From positions 4,683 through 36,682 of the forward strand of contig CAJXZM010000046.1 in assembly GCA_913063125.1 (NCBI GenBank): a stretch of DNA of 32,000 bases, given 5' to 3'. Positions within the stretch are counted from its first letter, which is position 1. Every line of letters starts with the position of its first letter. Source of the stretch: an uncultured Gammaproteobacteria bacterium (GTDB lineage Bacteria; Pseudomonadota; Gammaproteobacteria; Pseudomonadales; Ketobacteraceae). Positions 27,653 to 32,000 of this stretch are shown here, piece by piece. Both the position numbers and the translations under genes were made by a program. The notes under the pieces were generated by a model, which saw only the letters and a list, made by a program, of their open reading frames with translations, did not search any database and was not told the DNA's origin.

Positions 27653-28491
27653 TGCGAAAAATTCCTAAGCCAACTGTTGATGTTAGTCTTGTCTATGATG
27701 CATGCTTGAGCGGGATAGGTAATGTAGATAAACAAAGCCGTTTTGTTAGCCACAAAGGGAATGTGCTATATGCTGCTTCTGAGTACGAAAAAAAAGCTTT
27801 TGATTCGGAAATATATCAAATTAAAGCATGTGACGAGTGTATTACAGTACCTTTAGTTACAAAGGATGAGCAAAAAAAGCTTTATGTAGAACAAATGGCA
27901 AAGCTTGGCCGGCCGGGTAGAGGTTATTATGATATTTTGAGGGGGGCTGCGAGGTTATGTCCTTTTTGTGGGATTAGTTCAGTAAGAACATTAGAGCATT
28001 ATTTACCGAAGGCTCAATACCCCGATTTGGCTGTGGTACCAGTTAACCTGATACCTTGCTGTAGAGATTGTAATACTGAGAAACTTGACGCTAAAATTGA
28101 CGGTATCGAAGACCAGAATATTCATCCATATTTTGATGATTTTACTCAGGAGCAATGGCTTTTTGCAGATATTATTGATTTATATGGGCCTTCAGTGGTA
28201 TTTCGTGTGAAGCCCCCAGCTGCATGGAGTAGTAAATCTCAATACAAAGTAATGAACCACCTAACAACTTATAGTTTGGACGAGAGGTTTGGTGATCTTG
28301 GGAACGGCGAGATAGAAGGTGTCAGGAAGGAAATGACTGATCTATTTGATGATGCTGGTTCGCAAGCAGTAAAAACTCAGCTAGAAGAAAGAGCTGCGAG
28401 TTATGCGGAGCGGAATCTGAATTGTTGGCAGATGGCTCTTTATCAAGCTTTGGCAAATAGCAATTACTATTGCCAGGGTAATTTTGGATAG
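27652..28491 (+). CDS. HNH endonuclease; Septu PtuB-like partner
   Basis: TAATG overlap with the ATPase gene. The HNH/zinc-ribbon core is LCPFCGISSVRTLEHYLPKAQYPDLAVVPVNLIPCCRDCNTEK. Confidence 0.75.
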   Translation: MRKIPKPTVDVSLVYDACLSGIGNVDKQSRFVSHKGNVLYAASEYEKKAFDSEIYQIKACDECITVPLVTKDEQKKLYVEQMAKLGRPGRGYYDILRGAARLCPFCGISSVRTLEHYLPKAQYPDLAVVPVNLIPCCRDCNTEKLDAKIDGIEDQNIHPYFDDFTQEQWLFADIIDLYGPSVVFRVKPPAAWSSKSQYKVMNHLTTYSLDERFGDLGNGEIEGVRKEMTDLFDDAGSQAVKTQLEERAASYAERNLNCWQMALYQALANSNYYCQGNFG

Positions 28492-28773
28492 AATAAATTC
28501 AGGTTTTTCTCCAGTTAGGGCTGAGGAATCCCTCATAGGTCGCCGATCAAAGGTTCCCGCACCGCCAAAACGAGAAGAATATGGTAGCCCAGGCGTTCTT
28601 TCCTCTACTTTTATCGGCTACAAAACGCTGCGAGAAAAAATGCGTACCAAGGCCTTTAAGTTACTCCTTTGCTGGTGGAATAAATCATAAAAACGCTCGT
28701 ACTAACACTGGCGATCATCATAGCCAGCATTTCATTATGTTCTTTAATCCTATATCTGGGGTTTAGCTCAAAC

Positions 28774-29430
28774 ATGCATCCTTCGTTTACTGTGTCCAAA
28801 TCCACGCTATTGAAGCCTGAATTCACTTCCTATGAATTTAAGTACAAGGCAGGAAGTAGTTTTATCGTTAATTATGAGGGGAGTATTTTGTTACTAACCG
28901 CCCATCACTTATTTGGGCCTGCTGCGGGTCTACATAAACGGTATTCTAGAAAAGAACTGGTCTCGCTAGCTCCTTCAGTCAGGACTTTTCTCTATGACAG
29001 TGGGGAGTTGCATGCAGAGTCGAAGCAATTTGTTCCCGTCAATGATGACACTGAATACAAAAGGGGCGATGCTAAGCAGGATTTGGCGATATTTAAAATT
29101 GATAATACTCAGTTGGATTCACTAACGCTTGCCAAAACAGCGCCTTCAAAAGGTGATGTTGTCTACTTATACGCACGACTTAACAATGACTCTGTTGATG
29201 ACACGCTACTACACAGTGCAACCGTTACAGAATCGAGTGAGAAAATTCTTGAATATAGGTATCACAATCGATTCCTAAACCCCAGGGCTACAAGCGGAGC
29301 TCCCGTTTTAGATCAATCTGGCGAAGTAGTGGGGTTAAATGTTACCGCAGCGGGGGTTCCTATATTTAACTGGAAGGGCAGAGCCAACCCAGTGTCATCG
29401 ATTAGACATTTGTTGGATGCCAGCCTCTAG
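28774..29430 (+). CDS. Trypsin-fold (chymotrypsin-like, Trypsin_2-type) serine protease, no signal peptide
   Basis: The catalytic triad contexts are in the canonical order: LLLTAHHLFG (His), KQDLAIFKI (Asp), PRATSGAPVLDQSGEVVGL (Ser). The N-terminus MHPSFTVSKSTLLKPEF is not hydrophobic. Confidence 0.75.
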   Translation: MHPSFTVSKSTLLKPEFTSYEFKYKAGSSFIVNYEGSILLLTAHHLFGPAAGLHKRYSRKELVSLAPSVRTFLYDSGELHAESKQFVPVNDDTEYKRGDAKQDLAIFKIDNTQLDSLTLAKTAPSKGDVVYLYARLNNDSVDDTLLHSATVTESSEKILEYRYHNRFLNPRATSGAPVLDQSGEVVGLNVTAAGVPIFNWKGRANPVSSIRHLLDASL

Positions 29431-29467
29431 GGTCTCCAGCAATGACCCAAGTTACCTAGTGGAAATT

Positions 29468-29506
29468 ATGTTTGAGCCGAATAGGCGTGTTATTCGGCTC
29501 AAACAT
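29468..29506 (+). terminator. Very strong 16-bp perfect stem-loop downstream of the protease gene (terminator-like, no U-tract)
   Basis: ATGTTTGAGCCGAATA-ggcgtgt-TATTCGGCTCAAACAT lies 38 bp after the stop at 29430. It is followed by gagatcat, not a T-run. Confidence 0.4.
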
Positions 29507-29536
29507 GAGATCATACTATGGTCACGATAGATGGCA

Positions 29537-29700
29537 TATCGTGACGGTGTCTTGATGAGACTTATCACCCTGCAAGACTTAACCTAGATTTGATGATCCA
29601 GAGTTGGTTTCTATATGTGATAAACACCCATGCAAAACCAAATGATTTGGTTGATTTATAAGCGTGCGAAATACTCATCTGTCGCATAGATATAAAAAAC
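29537..29700. repeat. Diverged copy A of a 160-190 bp segment that recurs at about 29911-30101
   Basis: Blocks such as tcgtgacg, gagacttatcaccctgcaagacttaa and aacctagatttgatgatccagag...ctatatgtgata...gcaaaacc...atttggt align with copy B. By eye they are roughly two-thirds to three-quarters identical. Confidence 0.5.
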
Positions 29701-29910
29701 GGCCTAGAAAGCTTATTTATTTCAATATAATCAATGGGTTGATGTGTTTTTGGTCTTCGTCTCATCTACCACATGAATATCTATACTCGTGAAAAACGGC
29801 TCATCTACGGCATGAATATATATTGACCAATAGTGTATGAAGGATACGAGTGGCCGACTTTGTCCTATCAAGACAAAGTCGCTCCAGGTTAACGTGGTAT
29901 TATCGCGCCA

Positions 29911-30101
29911 TCTCGTGACGAGGCTTGTCACCTTGTGAGGCTTAATTTAGCGGAGGTCTTTCTAGTTCGATAGTCAAAACCTAGTTTTGATGATCTAGAA
30001 GTGGGCTCTATATGGGATATGCACCACCGCAAAAGCCTGCAATTTGGTGCATTTCTATGCATATTAGTCCAAAAGGTGCTTCGTAAGTCATTGATATATA
30101 A
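29911..30101. repeat. Diverged copy B of the same segment, immediately upstream of the tRNA-Ala-like remnant
   Basis: tcgtgacg, gaggcttgtcaccttgtgaggcttaa and aacctagttttgatgatctagaag...ctatatgggata...gcaaaagcc...atttggt. Copy B carries an extra insert of about 25 nt relative to copy A. Confidence 0.5.
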
Positions 30102-30169
30102 GGGGCTGTATCCTGCGTTGCACACTGGCAGTGTTGAGGTCAGCGGTTCGATCCCGCTAGGCTCCACCA
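30102..30169 (+). pseudogene. tRNA-Ala-derived remnant (no D-arm, disrupted anticodon stem, intact T-arm and CCA end)
   Basis: GGGGCTGTA + TCCTGCGTTGCAC... + GAGGTCAGCGGTTCGATCCCGCTAGGCTCCACCA. The 5' 9 nt, the CCTGC-xTTGCAC half of an Ala(UGC) anticodon arm and the 3' 34 nt all resemble the E. coli tRNA-Ala sequences I recall. The element is only 68 nt and cannot form a cloverleaf, because acceptor pairs 6:67 and 7:66 are broken. Confidence 0.5.
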
Positions 30170-30184
30170 AATTTCGATTATTGC

Positions 30185-30260
30185 GTCCCCATCGTCTAGT
30201 GGCCTAGGACACTGCCCTTTCACGGCAGTAACGGGGGTTCGAGTCCCCCTGGGGACGCCA
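30185..30260 (+). tRNA. tRNA-Glu (anticodon UUC)
   Basis: GTCCCCATCGTCTAGTGGCCTAGGACACTGCCCTTTCACGGCAGTAACGGGGGTTCGAGTCCCCCTGGGGACGCCA folds by hand. The acceptor stem is GTCCCCA/TGGGGAC and the anticodon stem is CTGCC/GGCAG with loop CTTTCAC. The T-stem is GGGGG/CCCCC, and the 3' CCA is encoded. It is very close to the gammaproteobacterial tRNA-Glu. Confidence 0.95.
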
Positions 30261-30269
30261 CTATTCAAT

Positions 30270-30302
30270 AAAAAAGCCGAGCTTTTAGCTCGGCTTTTTT
30301 AT
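30270..30302. terminator. Rho-independent, bidirectional terminator between tRNA-Glu and the convergent hydrolase gene
   Basis: aaaaaAGCCGAGCttttaGCTCGGCTtttttt. It has an 8-bp GC-rich stem with an A-run before it and a T-run after it. Confidence 0.8.
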
Positions 30303-30320
30303 GTCTGAAAATTGGTCAAT

Positions 30321-31226
30321 TTATTTTGTCGCTAACGCAACATAGATTTTTTCGAAATGACGTTCAAATAGTAAGTGGCTTTCCTTTGGTAAAATCTCAA
30401 TGTGGTGATTTTTAAATTCGGCTGCCAATTTATTGATCATTGGTGTCGAGATCACGGGGTCATTTTCGCCATGCCAAAAGATGTGTTCGATGTGATTGCC
30501 TCCAGCGTCAAAATTCCAGCTGGAGAATAGCGGGCGTAGTTTATTGATGCATGCAGATACGCCTTGTTTGAGCGCTCTATCCATATTGCTGAGAGTATGT
30601 TCGAAGATACTAGTTTCTTGATACCAAGATCGATCTAGTGCGGTAAGAATGAGAGCTCCAGTTGATGATGACACGAGCCTTTTAAAAGAGGGTTCGATGC
30701 CATCTTTTAATAGTATTTTGTACAAGTGGGCGCTCATGTTGGGGGATTTCTTAAGGATCCCTAGTGCACTTTTTAACAGCATCGGACTATCGGATTGGTC
30801 TACAATATCCTGAGCTCGAGGTATTCCTGATACTATTCCAACCCGCGAAACCCGATCTTTGAAATGATTCGCGCAGGCAAGTGCGTAAGGCGTGCCTGCA
30901 CAGCGGCCTAATATTGAAAACTGCTTAACGCTTAGTAAGTTCAATAGTTCCTCTATGTCATGGCAAAAGCTTGTTATTGTTCTGCCAGGTTGTGGTGTGG
31001 AATCGCCGCAATCTGACCTTTCTGCAACAATAATTCGTATGTTATTTGCCTCAATATAACTATTTGAGCCTAAAGGTGGTTCCAGAGCAGAGCCTGCCGT
31101 ATTGTGAAAAAACAGTATTACGCTCCCTTGTGGGGGGGCGTAACATTTGTAAGACAGTAACCTACCGTCGGAAAGGCGGAAGTTAGAGATATGATCTTTT
31201 TTCGAATAAACGGGGTAGCTATCTAG
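30321..31226 (-). pseudogene. Alpha/beta-hydrolase-fold protein, possibly decaying (no canonical start for the N-terminal third; nucleophile elbow reads GRCAG)
   Basis: The ORF track gives 30321-30944 from a TTG. The same frame stays open up to 31226 and encodes a typical hydrolase N-terminus (FRLSDGRLLSYKCYAPPQGSVILFFHNTAGS...). That stretch contains no ATG/GTG/TTG. The expected GxSxG is FSILGRCAGTPYALA. On this coding strand, a C7 run (read as G7 on the + strand) lies at 31132-31138. Confidence 0.5.
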
Positions 31227-31800
31227 CTATTTGGTTCCTGAATGAGTGCCTTGGCTGTTTTGCTTTCCGCTGGAGATAGGTTATACAGTTTCGTCAGAAG
31301 TAGGGTGTCGACGGTGATCGGGTCTGAGGGGGCGAGAAAATAGGCGAACAAAGAATTTTTATGGATGTCGTCTTCACTTATTTTCATAAAATACAGTGTA
31401 TATTTTTTCTGTGAGAAAGAAATATTTCGGGATGATAGCTCTTCGTCATTTGATAGGAACGCTACTATTTCCTGGCTCCAGGGTGTCCACGCAGTGTCGA
31501 TAAGAACAAGGGCTCCTCTGCTGTAATGTGGTTATAAATCTCAGAAACTAACCCGCTATAGTCTACTTGAGGCCATTTAGTTTCTATGTTTGAGCTTGAT
31601 ATCTTCTTGATGGTAAGGCCCTTGCAACATTCCTTGATTTGGTGGGGAAACGCCAGGTTGGCTTATGTATATGGTGTGTTTTTTTGGGGGGGTACGCGCT
31701 TCCTGATTATCTATACTCTCCTTCCCGTGGAGTGCCCCTGATAACACGCAAAGTTTTTCGCTTTTGCCTTAGAAGAGGGCGGTGGTGTTGTGAACTCTAG
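31223..31800 (-). pseudogene. Possible frameshifted, 3'-truncated remnant of a LuxR/GerE-type regulator
   Basis: Minus-strand translations in three frames give consecutive protein-like pieces. The last is a 54-aa ORF (31223-31387) ending ...LLLTKLYNLSPAESKTAKALIQEPNS*, which stops at the start of what looks like a LuxR-type HTH. No intact ORF of 60 aa or more exists here. The junction with the hydrolase frame is the sequence TAGCTATCTAGCTA. Confidence 0.3.
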
Positions 31801-31917
31801 TAACAACTTGTATCTGATCCATCGTTAATCTGTAAAAAACGTTTTGTTAATTTGTCTATATAAGTGTTCCTATTAAATAACGGGGATGCATATACACATT
31901 TATATAAGGAAGTAATA

Positions 31918-32000
31918 ATGAAAAAACTAAATTTAGTAGGAAGTGTAATACCGCTCGTTCTCGCATTATCCGGTTGTGGTGGTGACGAAAGCGTTAGTTG
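31918..32000 (+). CDS. 5' end of a lipoprotein gene (runs off the window)
   Basis: AAGGAAG RBS 7 nt upstream. MKKLNLVGSVIPLVLALSGCGGDESVS has a classic signal peptide with an LSGC lipobox. Confidence 0.7.
   Translation, partial: MKKLNLVGSVIPLVLALSGCGGDESVS

Noticed and set aside
25954-28491. Retron-linked Septu (RT + ncRNA + PtuA/PtuB)
   Set aside because: There is no reverse-transcriptase ORF. The 136-bp gap upstream of the ATPase is too short for an msr/msd element plus an RT.
28484-28773. ORFs 28484-28690 and 28581-28766 (+), and a 21-aa minus-strand peptide MMIASVSTSVFMIYSTSKGVT (about 28660-28725) as a possible small toxin
   Set aside because: The two + ORFs overlap in different frames, lack an RBS and have odd composition. 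The small peptide is not convincingly hydrophobic and has no visible promoter or antisense-RNA structure. The gap is left unannotated.
29468-29506. Integron attC site flanking the protease gene as a cassette
   Set aside because: The core-like sequences (GTTTGAGC ... GCTCAAAC) have an extra base relative to the consensus. They are also in the wrong orientation for a + strand cassette, and no integron integrase or cassette array is present.
29565-29931. Minus-strand ORFs 29565-29765 and 29731-29931
   Set aside because: They lie in repeat- and hairpin-rich DNA, have no RBS or motif, and partly translate the direct repeats.
29800-30169. tmRNA (ssrA) ending at the ...GCTCCACCA 3' end, a common island integration target
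   Set aside because: The upstream 300 nt show no GGGGCTGATTCTGGATTCGAC-type 5' end at the right distance, no tag-peptide reading frame ending in an ALAA-like stop and no pseudoknot-like GC blocks. The T-arm matches tRNA-Ala rather than tmRNA.
29928-30207. ORFs 29928-30170 (-) and 30001-30207 (+)
   Set aside because: They read through the tRNA-like remnant and tRNA-Glu. The peptide VEPSGIEPLTS is the usual translation artefact of a T-arm.

Overview
The window is dominated by a co-directional (+ strand) anti-phage defence island of about 26 kb, and none of its core is a new family. It holds four units. (1) A McrBC-type type IV restriction pair (4012-7727), preceded by an orphan acidic protein. 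(2) A complete six-gene type 2 BREX / Pgl-type operon, pglW-pglX-pglY-pglZ-brxD-brxHI (8076-25953), with a small XRE/Cro-type HTH gene (7863-8075) abutting pglW. (3) An overlapping ABC-type ATPase + HNH nuclease pair (26090-28491), best read as a divergent Septu-like (PtuA/PtuB) system with an extra N-terminal domain of about 190 aa. (4) A stand-alone trypsin-fold serine protease without a signal peptide (28774-29430). The right edge of the island is a repeat- and hairpin-rich non-coding stretch, followed by a degenerate tRNA-Ala-like remnant, an intact tRNA-Glu(UUC), a strong terminator and apparently decaying genes. The left part has a truncated thioesterase-like CDS end, a large orphan lipoprotein and a 1.1 kb non-coding gap with palindromic and tandem repeats. 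No integrase, transposase, reverse transcriptase, CRISPR array or rRNA is visible. The features worth follow-up are: the XRE-coupled type 2 BREX in what looks like a gammaproteobacterial background; the PglW architecture (NERD + pseudokinase + kinase + HhH); a G7 tract in pglX; the N-terminally extended ATPase/HNH pair with the neighbouring protease; and the orphan genes around McrBC. All family calls rest on motifs read by eye from the translations. No database search was run.
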